Shown: in pieces, positions 1-10,851 of the stretch | How positions within the stretch are numbered: position 1 is the stretch's first letter | Layout of the letters: each line of letters opens with the position of its first letter | Origin: an uncultured Flavobacteriales bacterium | Lineage (GTDB): Bacteria; Pseudomonadota; Alphaproteobacteria; UBA8366; CAVOAK01 | Direction: 5' to 3' | NCBI GenBank assembly: GCA_964419045.1 | Contig: CAYQNO010000009.1 | Span: 267,225 to 331,224 of the forward strand | DNA length: 64,000 bases | Position numbers and translations under genes: made by a program | Notes under the pieces: model-generated | Told to the model about the DNA's origin: nothing | Database searches by the model: none | Seen by the model: only the letters and a program-made list of their open reading frames with translations

Positions 1-342
1 TCAGTCTCAAAACGCCGCCGTTTAGATGGTGGATATCCTGGCGCAGGGATCATTAAACAACAATTGCGGGAGGGAACTTTACGTCGCCGCGTTGGCATTC
101 GTCCGCATGGCAGGGCCTTAGCTCGTGAGAAGTCTAAACTGATTGATTCAGACGGCGTACAAATTGGAGAGATTACAAGCGGTGGATTCGGTCCTTCAAT
201 TGATGGACCAGTGGCCATGGGGTATGTGCAATCGAACTATGCTTCGATCGGTACGCCTTTGTTAGCAGTGGTACGAGATAAGCCACTTCTGGCCAGTGTT
301 GTGAAACTACCGTTTATTGAAGCCCATCAACGGCGAAAGTAA
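1..342 (+). CDS. gcvT: Aminomethyltransferase (glycine cleavage T protein), C-terminal fragment; the 5' end lies upstream of the window
   Basis: Frame 1 is open from base 1 to the TAA at 340-342. The tail (GEITSGGFGPSIDGPVAMGYV...LPFIE) looks like the GcvT C-terminal domain. It is followed by gcvH and gcvP in the canonical order. Confidence 0.85.
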   Translation, partial: SVSKRRRLDGGYPGAGIIKQQLREGTLRRRVGIRPHGRALAREKSKLIDSDGVQIGEITSGGFGPSIDGPVAMGYVQSNYASIGTPLLAVVRDKPLLASVVKLPFIEAHQRRK

Positions 343-367
343 AGAGGTTGTCTGAAGGGAGAACAGG

Positions 368-745
368 ATGGAAGAAGTAAGATATAGCGATCAACACGAA
401 TGGATAATGGTCGAAGGCGATATCGGTACAGTGGGTATCAGCAATTTCGCCCAGGAACAACTGGGTGACGTCGTGTTCGTAGAGCTTCCAGCGATAGGTA
501 AGATTATTGGCCAGAATGAAGAAGTTGCGGTAGTAGAGTCGGTCAAGGCAGCGAGTGAGCTCTATTCTCCAGTAAGCGGTGAAGTTGTTGAGGTAAACGA
601 GGCTTTGGTTGATCAGCCAAGCATGGTCAACGAGGCAGCAGAAGGAGAAGGTTGGTTTTTCAAGTTGAAACTTTCGGACCTTGAAGAACTTGAAAGCCTT
701 ATGGATAAACATTCTTATGAAACATTTACAAACCTCGACGATTGA
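368..745 (+). CDS. gcvH: Glycine cleavage system H protein (lipoyl carrier)
   Basis: 125 aa. Shows the typical GcvH N-terminus (YSDQHEWI..GISNFAQEQLGDVVFVELP) and the lipoyl-lysine motif VESVKAAS. Sits between gcvT and gcvP. Confidence 0.95.
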   Translation: MEEVRYSDQHEWIMVEGDIGTVGISNFAQEQLGDVVFVELPAIGKIIGQNEEVAVVESVKAASELYSPVSGEVVEVNEALVDQPSMVNEAAEGEGWFFKLKLSDLEELESLMDKHSYETFTNLDD

Positions 746-812
746 GGCTGAGGGAAACAGCTAAGACGCTGAAGAACTTTTAGTTAATGTATGTATTTGA
801 GGAGATAAATTG

Positions 813-3719
813 ATGCCGGATGACCATCGTCCGTTATTGGATTTTGAGCAAGAATCCGACTTCGTTCACCGTCATATTGGACCTTCCAACGTTGAAATAG
901 GGTCAATGGTTGATAAGATTGGCGTCTCTTCGCTTAATGAATTTATAAATTCTACTGTTCCGGAAGTTATTCGCACAGACTCACCACTTGGTTTGCCAGC
1001 GAGCCGAGGCGAGCAGGACGTTCTGTCCGAAATTAGTGAAATGGCAGACCAAAACCAGGTTATGGTATCGCTAATTGGGATGGGTTATCACGATTGTATT
1101 ACGCCGCCTGTTATCCTTCGCAATGTAATGGAGAACCCTGGCTGGTATACAGCTTACACCCCCTACCAACCAGAGATTTCACAAGGTCGTCTGGAAGCAT
1201 TGCTGAATTTCCAAACAATGGTGATGGATTTGACGGCAATGGAGCTTGCAAACGCATCAATGTTGGACGAGGCAACGGCGGCTGCGGAAGCGATGATGCT
1301 GTGTCGCCGCGTGAGCAAGGTCACCTCCGATATATATTTTGTCTCTGAGGATTGCCATCCCCAAACCATCGATGTTTTGCGTACGCGGGCTGCGCCGCTC
1401 GGTATTGAAGTTGTTGTTGGAAACCACCGAGACAAGGCAATTTCAGAGAATATATTTGGTCTAATGCTACAATATCCAGGAACCAATGGGCATATAGAAG
1501 ACTATTCTGCCTTAGTTGAAGCTGCCCATGAAAATGATGTCCTCGTATGTGTGGCGGCTGATTTACTTGCTTTGACACTGTTGAAGCCGCCCGGTGAATG
1601 GGGTGCGGACATTGTGATTGGTAGTTCTCAGCGCTTTGGGGTTCCGCTTGGTTTTGGTGGTCCACACGCGGCTTACTTTGCAACTAGAGATTCATATAAG
1701 CGAAATGTACCGGGCCGTCTCGTTGGGGTATCGGTAGATACGCATGGACATCCGGTATACCGGCTTGCGCTTCAAACGCGGGAACAACATATCCGGCGAG
1801 AGAAAGCTACAAGTAATATATGTACGGCACAGGTGCTGCTAGCAGTGATGGCAGGCTTTTATGCAGTGTATCATGGTCCCAAGCGTCTGCGGACGATAGC
1901 GCAACGTGTGCATAGGTTGACCTGTATTCTTGCAATTGGTTTGAGCAGACTTGGATACGAGATTGGCCACACAAAATTTTTTGATACACTTTTTGTGGGC
2001 ACCGAATTTGACTCTGATTCGGTCATAAACCGGGCCTGTCAAGCGGGATACAATTTGCGACGTATTGATGAAAATAGAATTTGTATTTCACTGGATGAGA
2101 CGACAACGGTAAATGACGTGGATATGGTTTTCCAGAGCTTTGCTGGAAAGTCTGATGTAGCCTTCTCCGCACGGGAACTTGATGAAGAGGCAAATAGTAC
2201 TATTCCGGATAAATTGAGACGTTACTCGGCAATTCTTTCTCATCCTGTCTTTAATAGCTACCATTCGGAAACACAAATGTTGCGATATTTATACCGGCTT
2301 CAGGAAAAGGATGTGGCGCTTAATCGCTCGATGATTCCGTTGGGTTCTTGCACAATGAAATTGAATGCGACAACTGAAATGATCCCGGTAACATGGCGAG
2401 CTTTCAGTGGGATACACCCTTTTGTTCCTATTGACCAAGCACGGGGTTATATGCGGTTGATCAACGGACTAGAAGAAATGCTCTGTGAAATTACAGGATT
2501 TGATTCGGTTTCACTGCAGCCAAATGCAGGGTCTCAGGGAGAATACGCGGGACTTCTTGCCATTAGCCGATATCACGCAAGCCAAGGTAACAAGGATCGC
2601 ATCGTGTGTCTGATCCCTAGTTCGGCTCATGGAACGAATCCTGCGAGTGCTATTATGGCGGGGATGAAAGTAGTGATTGTCGGATGTGATGATGATGGGA
2701 ATATCGATATAGATGACCTGCGAACCAAAGCGAGAGAATATTCAGATGTACTCGCGGCATTGATGGTCACCTATCCGTCAACACATGGGGTGTTTGAGGA
2801 AGCTATTGTTGAAATATGCGAAATTGTTCATGAATATGGTGGCCAAGTGTATATGGATGGGGCCAATTTGAATGCATTGGTAGGTATTTCTCGACCCGCT
2901 GAGCTTGGCCCGGATGTAGCTCACCTCAATCTCCATAAAACATTTTGTATCCCCCACGGTGGTGGAGGTCCGGGTGTAGGGCCAATTGGTTTGCGGGCTC
3001 ATCTCGCACCATTTGCACCAGGGCATAGCATTAGACCAGAATCTGCTCCAATGTCTGATGAGGGTAGTTCTGGAGCTGTTTCTGCTACACCGTGGGGCAG
3101 CGCTGGAATACTTCTAATTTCATGGGCTTACATTGCACTTATGGGGCATGATGGTTTGAGAAAGGCCACCGAAGTTGCTATCCTTAATGCGAATTATATA
3201 GCCCAGAGATTGAAGGCACATTATCCAATTCTTTATACCGGGCCAAGCGGTAGGGTGGCTCATGAATGTATTATCGATTTACGTGCGTTCAAGGATAGTG
3301 CTGATATTACTGTTGACGATGTGGCAAAGCGCTTGATGGATTATGGCTTCCACGCGCCCACTATGTCTTGGCCGGTTGCCGGTACCTTGATGATAGAACC
3401 TACCGAAAGCGAATCGAAAGCTGAACTTGATCGCTTTTGTGATGCTTTGATTGCCATCCGAGGTGAAATCGCAGAGGTTGAACAAGGTCAGATGGATGTT
3501 AATGACAACGTATTAAAAAATGCTCCACACACAATACACGATTTAGTTACTCTAGAATGGTCGCATCCCTATTCAGCAGCCCAGGCTGTCTTTCCGGTTG
3601 ATGCACTCCGCAACGAAAAATATTGGCCACCGGTCAACCGTATTGATCAGGTGTATGGTGATCGCAATTTTATTTGCTCTTGCCCACCGCTCGAGACTTA
3701 CGAGAGCACAGCTGGCTGA
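813..3719 (+). CDS. gcvP: Glycine dehydrogenase (decarboxylating), single-chain P protein
   Basis: About 968 aa. Conserved P-protein blocks are present ([19 protein letters not shown], the PLP-lysine region [31 protein letters not shown]). GAGGAG lies upstream of the ATG at 813, and a TTG at 810 is an alternative start. Confidence 0.97.
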   Translation: MPDDHRPLLDFEQESDFVHRHIGPSNVEIGSMVDKIGVSSLNEFINSTVPEVIRTDSPLGLPASRGEQDVLSEISEMADQNQVMVSLIGMGYHDCITPPVILRNVMENPGWYTAYTPYQPEISQGRLEALLNFQTMVMDLTAMELANASMLDEATAAAEAMMLCRRVSKVTSDIYFVSEDCHPQTIDVLRTRAAPLGIEVVVGNHRDKAISENIFGLMLQYPGTNGHIEDYSALVEAAHENDVLVCVAADLLALTLLKPPGEWGADIVIGSSQRFGVPLGFGGPHAAYFATRDSYKRNVPGRLVGVSVDTHGHPVYRLALQTREQHIRREKATSNICTAQVLLAVMAGFYAVYHGPKRLRTIAQRVHRLTCILAIGLSRLGYEIGHTKFFDTLFVGTEFDSDSVINRACQAGYNLRRIDENRICISLDETTTVNDVDMVFQSFAGKSDVAFSARELDEEANSTIPDKLRRYSAILSHPVFNSYHSETQMLRYLYRLQEKDVALNRSMIPLGSCTMKLNATTEMIPVTWRAFSGIHPFVPIDQARGYMRLINGLEEMLCEITGFDSVSLQPNAGSQGEYAGLLAISRYHASQGNKDRIVCLIPSSAHGTNPASAIMAGMKVVIVGCDDDGNIDIDDLRTKAREYSDVLAALMVTYPSTHGVFEEAIVEICEIVHEYGGQVYMDGANLNALVGISRPAELGPDVAHLNLHKTFCIPHGGGGPGVGPIGLRAHLAPFAPGHSIRPESAPMSDEGSSGAVSATPWGSAGILLISWAYIALMGHDGLRKATEVAILNANYIAQRLKAHYPILYTGPSGRVAHECIIDLRAFKDSADITVDDVAKRLMDYGFHAPTMSWPVAGTLMIEPTESESKAELDRFCDALIAIRGEIAEVEQGQMDVNDNVLKNAPHTIHDLVTLEWSHPYSAAQAVFPVDALRNEKYWPPVNRIDQVYGDRNFICSCPPLETYESTAG

Positions 3720-3809
3720 GACAAGTATCAAGAACTACACATCGTCGACGAAAGCGTTGGCGACGGTAGCTCTCTGGCTCTTGTTTCGTAATTATTAGAC
3801 TAGACGTGG

Positions 3810-4301
3810 TTAGTTGAGTTTTTTGGGTAGGTTCTTAATTGCATCATCTATCAAAAAATTACCCTGGGATCCTTTTAGTTTCTCAGTGAGAAGTTGCCCC
3901 GCTGTGGATATAGCGAGATCAACGGCTAATTCTCTCACCTCCTGTAATGCCATGGCTTCGGCTTGCGCAATCTTTTCAAGTGCCTGCGCTTCTTGTCTTT
4001 CGAGTAAGGTTTTTAAGGCAGCCCCTGCCTCCTCACGGTGTCGTTCAGCTTCTTTTCTTGCTTGCTCGACCATAGCTTCTGCTTCTTCGGCTGCCTGCCG
4101 CTGTTTGCGTTGGTAGCTGGCAAGAGCAGTTTGCGCTTCCGCGCGCAGATGTTCGGCGTCCTCTACTTGTGATCGAATTGTATCAATTCGTGTATCCAAT
4201 GCCTTGGTCACCGCCCGACTAATTGGCTTATACATTCCCACAACAAATATAATAAACGCAGCCAATACCCATAACTCAGCGCTTTGCAAAACTTCAGTCA
4301 T
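3810..4301 (-). CDS. atpF: F0F1 ATP synthase subunit b
   Basis: 163 aa with one N-terminal TM helix followed by a long Ala/Glu/Arg/Gln-rich helix. It is the last gene of the atpI-B-E-F'-F cluster and overlaps the upstream b' gene by 8 nt. Confidence 0.9.
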   Translation of the reverse strand: MTEVLQSAELWVLAAFIIFVVGMYKPISRAVTKALDTRIDTIRSQVEDAEHLRAEAQTALASYQRKQRQAAEEAEAMVEQARKEAERHREEAGAALKTLLERQEAQALEKIAQAEAMALQEVRELAVDLAISTAGQLLTEKLKGSQGNFLIDDAIKNLPKKLN

Positions 4302-4899
4302 TATTCTTCTTGGACGGTGAATTAGTCATAGCTGACTTAACTTCCTGTTCGTCGATTTCCATTCCGGCAAGTTTACCTATAGCCGCGTGCACCAATTCGA
4401 CGGAGACATCACTAATTTCCTCGAGTGATCTATTTTTTTCGTCTGCGATTCTCTGTTCGGCTAGCCGGGCTTCCTCAGAGAGGCGTTCACTAAGTTCCAA
4501 ACGGGATTGTGCAGCCTGTTCTGAAAATTCTAATATGATTTTACGCTTCAATTCTTGTGCCTTTGACAAGTTTGCGGCTACTGTTTCCTCATAGGCAACC
4601 AACGCTTGCTCCGCCTCTTTTTTCATTGCAGTGGCACGGTCCAGGTCACCATCTATTCTATTTTGGCGAGCTTCGAGTACGTCTGCTATTCGCGGTAATG
4701 CAACTTTGTTCATTACTATGTAGAGAGAAACTAAGGAGATAACGAGCCACGTAAGCTGTGTAGGAAAAGTTGATAGGTCGAACTGTGGCATGCCAACATC
4801 TTCATTTGCGTCTGCAAAAGATGGTAACAGTCCAATCACAATAAACGCACCAAATGGTAAAAACCTGTGCACGATATTATTTTTCACAAAAGTCCACAT
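4294..4899 (-). CDS. atpF2: F0F1 ATP synthase subunit b' (alphaproteobacterial b paralogue)
   Basis: 201 aa with a hydrophobic N-terminus, MPQFD, a TM helix (LTWLVISLVSLYIV) and a charged stalk helix. It sits between atpE and atpF. An alternative ATG start is at 4791 (MPQFD). Confidence 0.85.
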   Translation of the reverse strand: MWTFVKNNIVHRFLPFGAFIVIGLLPSFADANEDVGMPQFDLSTFPTQLTWLVISLVSLYIVMNKVALPRIADVLEARQNRIDGDLDRATAMKKEAEQALVAYEETVAANLSKAQELKRKIILEFSEQAAQSRLELSERLSEEARLAEQRIADEKNRSLEEISDVSVELVHAAIGKLAGMEIDEQEVKSAMTNSPSKKNND

Positions 4900-4933
4900 A
4901 TTTGCCGCATTCTTACTAGGAGATGTCGACTCA

Positions 4934-5158
4934 TTAGGTGAATAGGATCAAGAACGAAATTAAAAGCGCATATAATGCGACCGCTTCAACAAGTGCGAAC
5001 CCTAACATCCCTAAGGGAAATACTTGGGCGCGAGCAGCTGGGTTTCGAGCAATTGAGGCAATCAGTGAAGAAAATATGCTGCCGATACCGACACCTACGC
5101 CGGACAAACCAATTACCGCTAGACCTGCTCCGATCATTTTTGCCGCATCAAGTTCCAT
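4934..5158 (-). CDS. atpE: F0F1 ATP synthase subunit c
   Basis: 74 aa hairpin of two TM helices. Helix 1 is glycine-rich ([17 protein letters not shown]), the polar loop is ARNPA, and helix 2 carries the carboxylate ([10 protein letters not shown]). Confidence 0.95.
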   Translation of the reverse strand: MELDAAKMIGAGLAVIGLSGVGVGIGSIFSSLIASIARNPAARAQVFPLGMLGFALVEAVALYALLISFLILFT

Positions 5159-5237
5159 TTTTCCTATCCTCTATAATTCAATCTGTTTCAATGTGTGAAA
5201 GTTGTTTCATGTTAAACTGCACGTACCTTGATAATGA

Positions 5238-5975
5238 TTAATGCAGGTGGAGTGCATCATTGAGGTAAAGGCAAGTTAACACGGTGAAAACGTAAGCTTG
5301 GAGGAAGGCCACCAGCAGTTCAAACCCCACCAGCAAAACGTTCATTGCAAGAGGGGCAAGCCCCCCAATTCCGAAGAAGGCAGCGCCCAGGCCAAATACA
5401 AAGCTAGCAAATACCTTTATCATCGTATGTCCAGCCATCATGTTGGCAAACAGTCGAATGGATAGACTTAATGGGCGCGAAAGATAAGATATAATCTCAA
5501 TAGGGATCATTAATGGCAGCATTACGATTGGTACACCTTGCGGCACAAAAAAACTGAAAAAATGAAGTCCGTGCTTAAGTATACCCACCATGGTTACACC
5601 GATAATAACCAAGACAGCCAATGCCGCTGTCACCGCTATATGGCTTGTGAACGTAAAGGCGAAGGGTATTAGCCCCAGAAAATTGCCAAAAAGAATGAAC
5701 ATAAAAAGGGTAAAGATCATAGGGAAGTATCGTCGCCCCTCTTTACCGATGTTATCGCGGATCATGGAGGCAATAAATTCGTATGAAATTTCTGCAAGCA
5801 ATTGCCATCGACCCGGGATTACTGCGCGCTGACGCATAGAAAGAGTAAGAAAGATTGTTACAGCAGAAACAGCGGCAACCATCCACAGTGACGAATTTGT
5901 GAAGGAAAAATCTGTACCGCCGATGTTAATCGGTACGATGGGGCGGATCACAAATTGTTCTAATGGACTTGCCAA
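5238..5975 (-). CDS. atpB: F0F1 ATP synthase subunit a
   Basis: 245 aa polytopic membrane protein with the conserved a-subunit block LSLSIRLFANMMAGH, which contains the essential Arg. Confidence 0.95.
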   Translation of the reverse strand: MASPLEQFVIRPIVPINIGGTDFSFTNSSLWMVAAVSAVTIFLTLSMRQRAVIPGRWQLLAEISYEFIASMIRDNIGKEGRRYFPMIFTLFMFILFGNFLGLIPFAFTFTSHIAVTAALAVLVIIGVTMVGILKHGLHFFSFFVPQGVPIVMLPLMIPIEIISYLSRPLSLSIRLFANMMAGHTMIKVFASFVFGLGAAFFGIGGLAPLAMNVLLVGFELLVAFLQAYVFTVLTCLYLNDALHLH

Positions 5976-5990
5976 AATAAATCTCGATTA

Positions 5991-6398
5991 TTATTCAGTC
6001 GCGTTTCTACCAGCTTTTCCACTCTGCTTCACATCCCAAGCAGTTTCGCCTGACCCGTTTTCTTCTGTCTTACCGGTCTTGGGTTGAATATAACCTACCG
6101 CCAGCCCGTATCTTGATGTCGCTCTGTATACGTTTACTATTCCCGCGCAGGCTCCAATGAAGAAAAACCCAATTAGAAACCATGGGCCTGTATTAAGCCA
6201 ACGATCTAACAATATTCCGACCCCCACACCTACAATTAATGCCGCCACAAGTTCAACACCAATCCTAAAAGCAAACCCAAAACCACTAAGCTTCGATTTG
6301 TTTTCGTTGCCACTTTCCTTTGAAAATTGAGCGGCGCGAGCGGCTTGAAGTTTTACATCCAGATCACTAAGTCTGGGGGACGTATTGCGCTCGTTCAT
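5991..6398 (-). CDS. atpI: ATP synthase protein I (AtpI-like small membrane protein)
   Basis: 135 aa with a charged N-terminus and two TM helices (FRIGVELVAALIVGVGVGILL and WFLIGFFFIGACAGIV). It lies immediately upstream of atpB. The call rests mainly on position and topology. Confidence 0.75.
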   Translation of the reverse strand: MNERNTSPRLSDLDVKLQAARAAQFSKESGNENKSKLSGFGFAFRIGVELVAALIVGVGVGILLDRWLNTGPWFLIGFFFIGACAGIVNVYRATSRYGLAVGYIQPKTGKTEENGSGETAWDVKQSGKAGRNATE

Positions 6399-6565
6399 CG
6401 AAGTTTGAAGTATCGCTGCCGGAGTCGCCGAAATTCACCTAAAAACAAGCCCAAAAAGCGTCCGCACAATACTGGTGTGTCCATGCTAGTGTCAAGGTGG
6501 TTTGACCCACACTATTTCCAGAACTACTTGAAAAATTGAAGAATTTTCTTTTGATCACACATATT

Positions 6566-9500
6566 TCAGGCAGATTTCTGAAGCGCTTCAGCACCACCGA
6601 GGTCTACAGAGACGAGTTGACTAACACCACGTTCACCCATCGTTACGCCAAACAGACGATCAACTCGTGACATTGTCATTCTATGATGGGTAACTATAAG
6701 AAAGCGAACGTGACCAGGTTCTGCAATTTCCCTTAGTAGTGTACAAATTCGGTCTACGTTTGCGTCATCCAACGGAGCGTCAACCTCGTCTAAAACACAA
6801 ATAGGAGCTGGGTTTGTCAAGAAAACTGCAAATAGTAGCGACAAAGCCGTTAACGCCTGTTCACCGCCTGACAGGAGTGACAACATTTGTAATCGCTTTC
6901 CGGGTGGGCTCGCCATTATTTCAAGGCCAGCCTCCAGTGGATCTGCGTTTTCTGTAAGTGTTAGGAAGGCTCTCCCACCACCGAACAAGCGTACAAAGAG
7001 TTTCTGAAAATGTTCGTTAACGCTGGTGAATGCCGCTAGAAGTCGTTCGCGTCCCTCCCTATTTAGAGCCGCGATACCTTGACGCAGACGGGATATAGCA
7101 GCAAGCAATTCCTCCCGTTCGGATTGCATTGATTGCGCTTGTTCTTCAAGAGCTAGCGCCTCAGTTTCAGCACGTAGGTTGATTGGCCCCATGTTATCAC
7201 GTTCTCGTTTTAGGCGCTCAAGTCGTGTTGCCAGCTTTTCTACATCGGGGATTTCATGGGCTTCCACACCAATATTTTCTAATATCGCAACTGGGCTGCA
7301 GTCGAGTTCTTCTCCAATCTGCTCTGCTGCCGATTCAGAGTCGCGGACTGACTGAGCATATTGTGCTTCTATCCGAACATGCGTTTCACGAGCCTTGGCA
7401 AGTTGATTATCGATGCCACTTAGTTCTCTATCAGCTTTAGTTAATGCCGCTTCAGCAGCTGCTAGTTCATCTGCAACAAGATTGCGCTTCTTCTCGCTTG
7501 CCTTGGTTGTATCGAGCAAAGTATTGAGCTGTTCTTTGATTTCACCTGGCCTACCCTCAAGTCTTGTGCGGTCAGTTTCCGTATCCGCAAGTCTGGTTTC
7601 GAGGTCATTAATACGACGACGCGCACCTTCGGCACGGGCATTCCATTGTTCTAACTCCTGTTCGATAGTCGCCTTGCGCGTGGTTCGAATCTCCGCTTCG
7701 AGCGTTAGTTTATTTAGTGAATTTCTTCTTTCGGTCTCTATGGCCCTGGCTATATGAATTTCCTCTTGTAAATCCTCGCTCCTCTTGTTGCATAAGGTTA
7801 AATCTTCCAGGTTCAAAATTGCGTTATTCGTTTCATCACTGACTGCATTGATTTCAGAAATTTCAGATTGCATATGCAATATGGTTTCTTGAAGGTTAGC
7901 AATCTGAACCTTCGCTGCCACAGTACGACTTAATAATTTCTCATGTTCTGCTCGAAACGTGTCTATTTGCGTAAGACTTCCTGTGAGATACTCTCTCAAT
8001 TGTCGTTCGTTTTTGGTTGCTTTTGAGTTAGCTGCACTTGCTAACCTGTTCGCTTCCTTAGATTTTTCAACTTCTTTCTTTGCGGATTTCAGTAAATCGC
8101 GAGTTTTCTTTAATTGATTTCTCTGTTCTAGTTTAGTAGCGCTGGCGGTTATTGTTCCGGCTGTAATTGTGTAACCATCCCAGCGCCAAAGCGCGCCGTC
8201 GAGGCTTACTATCCGCTGGCCTGGCTTCAAGTTATTCTGTAGTGACTTTCCATCGACGGTTGCAGCGACTACACCTGTTTGATTAAGGCGACGTGAAAGC
8301 GCTTCCGGCGCCGTCACATAAAGAGATAACGGATCAATATTTCCGGGGAGAGGGTATGTTGATTCGAGTGGAGGCAATAAAGTCCAATGTATTGGTGCTT
8401 CAGAGTTTTCTGTTGCGTTGAGATCGTCGCCTAACGCTATTCCCAATGCCAGCTCGTATCCTGGATTTACCGTTATATCATCGTTCAGAGAGGCAAATGG
8501 ACTTTCTTCTGCTGGTCCCGTCAACTCCATAAGTGCCTGTACTTTGGCTTCAAGGAGTGCAGCTCTGGATTCTGCTTGACTTAAGTTAGCACGAGTTTTC
8601 TCCTCCTTCTTCTGGGTATTTACCTGCTCGTCTTCAGCTAAATCGTAGTCACTTTGGAATTTTATGAGAGCTTCTTCGGCATTTCGGAACTCTTTTTGGA
8701 CTTTCTTTAGTACCCTGTCGTCTTCGACCTCCTTTACTAATTCATCGTGTTGCCGTCGAAGATCGTCACAACGTTCGTTTAGCCGTGGTTTTCTTAAACT
8801 GAGCTCGTCGAGCCGGTGTTCCAACGATGCACGCTTTGCAGCAACTTCGGCGGCATATTCTTGAAGGGCTGTTACTTCTTGATCCTTTTTTACTAGTTCC
8901 TTGATAGCTGTATCGCATGACGCTTCTGCGTTCTGCAGGATGATATCTTCAGCATCGTTGGCGGTATTAATTACCGTCATTTCTGCACCAAATGTATTGA
9001 TCGCCTTTGCCGCGTCGCTGGAGAGGATTCGTTCACGCTCGATATCAGACGTTATATGTTCCAATCTCAGGTCCACTTCGTCGCGGGCCTGGGCCATACG
9101 CGCGGTCTCTCTGTCGAGCTCTGATCTGGCAAACACTAACCGTTGTAACTCGGCCGCAGCAGAGTTTTCGCGCTGGCGTAATTCGGGTAACTTGGCAGCA
9201 ATTTTCGCTTGGTTGGTTTTAGCTGCTATGGTGGATGCGGTGCATGTGGAAACTACTTCTGCCGCTTTGGCAAGTTTTCCTCGGATGTCTGCTTCAGCCG
9301 TGCATGTAGTTTGCCATCTTAGGTACAATAGCATTCCTTCATGGCGTCTAATATTTTCGGCCACGCGTCGATATCTAATCGCTTGACGAACTTGGCGCTG
9401 TAGACCTTGGTGCTGGCCTTCAAGTACGCCGATAATATCTTCTAATCTCTCGAGATTATCCTCCGCTGCACTGAGACGTAGCTCTGCTTCATGACGTCGT

Positions 9501-10024
9501 GAGTGAAGGCCGCGGATACCTGCGGCCTCTTCCAGAAGCACTCTCCGATCAATAGGTTTGGCATCGATCAAGGCGCTTACTCTCCCCTGACTTACCATCG
9601 CTGTAGAATGTGCGCCGGTCGCAATATCCGCAAATAGAAGCTGAACGTCGCGCGCCCGCACTTCCTTGCCATTAACTCGGTAGTTAGAGCCACTACCACG
9701 CTCGATGCGACGAGTAACTTCGATTTCGTCAGCATCGTTGAATGGCGCTGGGGCGGTGTGATCAGCGTTATCAAGGTGGAGTAAGACTTCGGCGATATTT
9801 CGAGCAGGGCGGCTATCAGACCCACCAAATATTACATCATCCATCTCACCACCACGCATCCGTTTGGCAGACGTTTCACCCATTGCCCACCGCAGGGCCT
9901 CAACGATATTTGATTTGCCGCAGCCGTTAGGGCCGACGATTCCGGTTATGCCAGGGCCGATTGGCAGTTCCGTCGCATCAATAAACGACTTAAATCCAGA
10001 AACTCGTATTTTAGTGAAGTGCAC
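6566..10024 (-). CDS. smc: Chromosome segregation protein SMC
   Basis: 1152 aa. Has an N-terminal Walker A (GPNGCGKSN), very long coiled-coil arms around a central hinge, a C-terminal signature (LSGGEQALTALSLLFA) and Walker B (VLDEVDAPLDD). Confidence 0.97.
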   Translation of the reverse strand: MHFTKIRVSGFKSFIDATELPIGPGITGIVGPNGCGKSNIVEALRWAMGETSAKRMRGGEMDDVIFGGSDSRPARNIAEVLLHLDNADHTAPAPFNDADEIEVTRRIERGSGSNYRVNGKEVRARDVQLLFADIATGAHSTAMVSQGRVSALIDAKPIDRRVLLEEAAGIRGLHSRRHEAELRLSAAEDNLERLEDIIGVLEGQHQGLQRQVRQAIRYRRVAENIRRHEGMLLYLRWQTTCTAEADIRGKLAKAAEVVSTCTASTIAAKTNQAKIAAKLPELRQRENSAAAELQRLVFARSELDRETARMAQARDEVDLRLEHITSDIERERILSSDAAKAINTFGAEMTVINTANDAEDIILQNAEASCDTAIKELVKKDQEVTALQEYAAEVAAKRASLEHRLDELSLRKPRLNERCDDLRRQHDELVKEVEDDRVLKKVQKEFRNAEEALIKFQSDYDLAEDEQVNTQKKEEKTRANLSQAESRAALLEAKVQALMELTGPAEESPFASLNDDITVNPGYELALGIALGDDLNATENSEAPIHWTLLPPLESTYPLPGNIDPLSLYVTAPEALSRRLNQTGVVAATVDGKSLQNNLKPGQRIVSLDGALWRWDGYTITAGTITASATKLEQRNQLKKTRDLLKSAKKEVEKSKEANRLASAANSKATKNERQLREYLTGSLTQIDTFRAEHEKLLSRTVAAKVQIANLQETILHMQSEISEINAVSDETNNAILNLEDLTLCNKRSEDLQEEIHIARAIETERRNSLNKLTLEAEIRTTRKATIEQELEQWNARAEGARRRINDLETRLADTETDRTRLEGRPGEIKEQLNTLLDTTKASEKKRNLVADELAAAEAALTKADRELSGIDNQLAKARETHVRIEAQYAQSVRDSESAAEQIGEELDCSPVAILENIGVEAHEIPDVEKLATRLERLKRERDNMGPINLRAETEALALEEQAQSMQSEREELLAAISRLRQGIAALNREGRERLLAAFTSVNEHFQKLFVRLFGGGRAFLTLTENADPLEAGLEIMASPPGKRLQMLSLLSGGEQALTALSLLFAVFLTNPAPICVLDEVDAPLDDANVDRICTLLREIAEPGHVRFLIVTHHRMTMSRVDRLFGVTMGERGVSQLVSVDLGGAEALQKSA

Positions 10025-10037
10025 TGGTTATCAGTAA

Positions 10038-10718
10038 TTATTGGGCGAATAGAGTCGTCATCATAGATTCCCACAATCGCGTGAAAAAATTAGTAGAGGG
10101 GCTAGCTTTAGAAACCGCAACATGTTGATTGGGAGACAACAGTTTATCAAACTGTTTGATTGACGGCGGCTGATTCATTTTCTTGCCGTTGATGATGAAG
10201 GTTGGCGTAGAGTTTATTGAGAATTCTGCCGACGCGACCTGTCTTGACCGCAGAATACCATCAAATAGGGCCTCGTTTTTCATGCAAGTATCAAAATTAT
10301 CCTGACTCATACCACCCAGTTTAGCAACACGCTCAAGTGCGGGCATCGGATTGTTGGTATTCCAAGTTGATTGGCTCATAAAGAGCATATCAATATATTT
10401 GAAGTACCTATCGACAGGGGCGCATCGTGCCATCATGGAGGCACGAAGTGCCGACTCGTCAAGTGGAAAATCACGATATATGAATTTAACCTTTCCAATG
10501 TCAATGTAGTTCTTTTTGAGCGCTGGTAGCACATCCAGATGGAAGTCTTTACAATGAGAACAGGTGAGTGATGCGTACTCAATGATTGTATTTGGAGCGG
10601 ATGGATCACCAAGAACTCTATCGGTAAGGGCATCCTCAAGCAGTAAGCTTGTAGCACCTCCAAGGACCGAGGTGAATATGGTGACAGCTGGAAATACCAA
10701 CAGAAAAAAATGCCGCAA
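10038..10718 (-). CDS. DsbA-family periplasmic thiol:disulfide oxidoreductase
   Basis: 226 aa with an N-terminal signal-like hydrophobic segment and a thioredoxin-fold CxxC active site (SLTCSHCKDFH). Confidence 0.85.
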   Translation of the reverse strand: MRHFFLLVFPAVTIFTSVLGGATSLLLEDALTDRVLGDPSAPNTIIEYASLTCSHCKDFHLDVLPALKKNYIDIGKVKFIYRDFPLDESALRASMMARCAPVDRYFKYIDMLFMSQSTWNTNNPMPALERVAKLGGMSQDNFDTCMKNEALFDGILRSRQVASAEFSINSTPTFIINGKKMNQPPSIKQFDKLLSPNQHVAVSKASPSTNFFTRLWESMMTTLFAQ

Positions 10719-10851
10719 CGAAACCTCCGGGATTCTATCCTAATGCCTGAGTATAGGACTGGCAAATAGGAGCGACAAGCAGGTGTCGGCCATCTTTAAT
10801 ACAATCGTTAAAATTTAAGGGTTCCGACATTGAGGACAGTTGCTTTATTTT

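Noticed and set aside
3742-3751. 10-nt perfect palindrome TCGTCGACGA between the convergent gcvP and atpF genes
   Set aside because: It is too short and has no loop, so it cannot be a terminator hairpin. There is no U-tract on either side, and a palindrome of this size is expected by chance.
7183-9386. Several long + strand ORFs (85-161 aa) antisense to smc
   Set aside because: They are Ser/Ala/Arg/Leu-rich, as expected for the reverse complement of a Glu/Leu/Ala/Arg-rich coiled-coil gene. They lie entirely inside a confidently called 1152-aa CDS and have no RBS or recognisable motifs.
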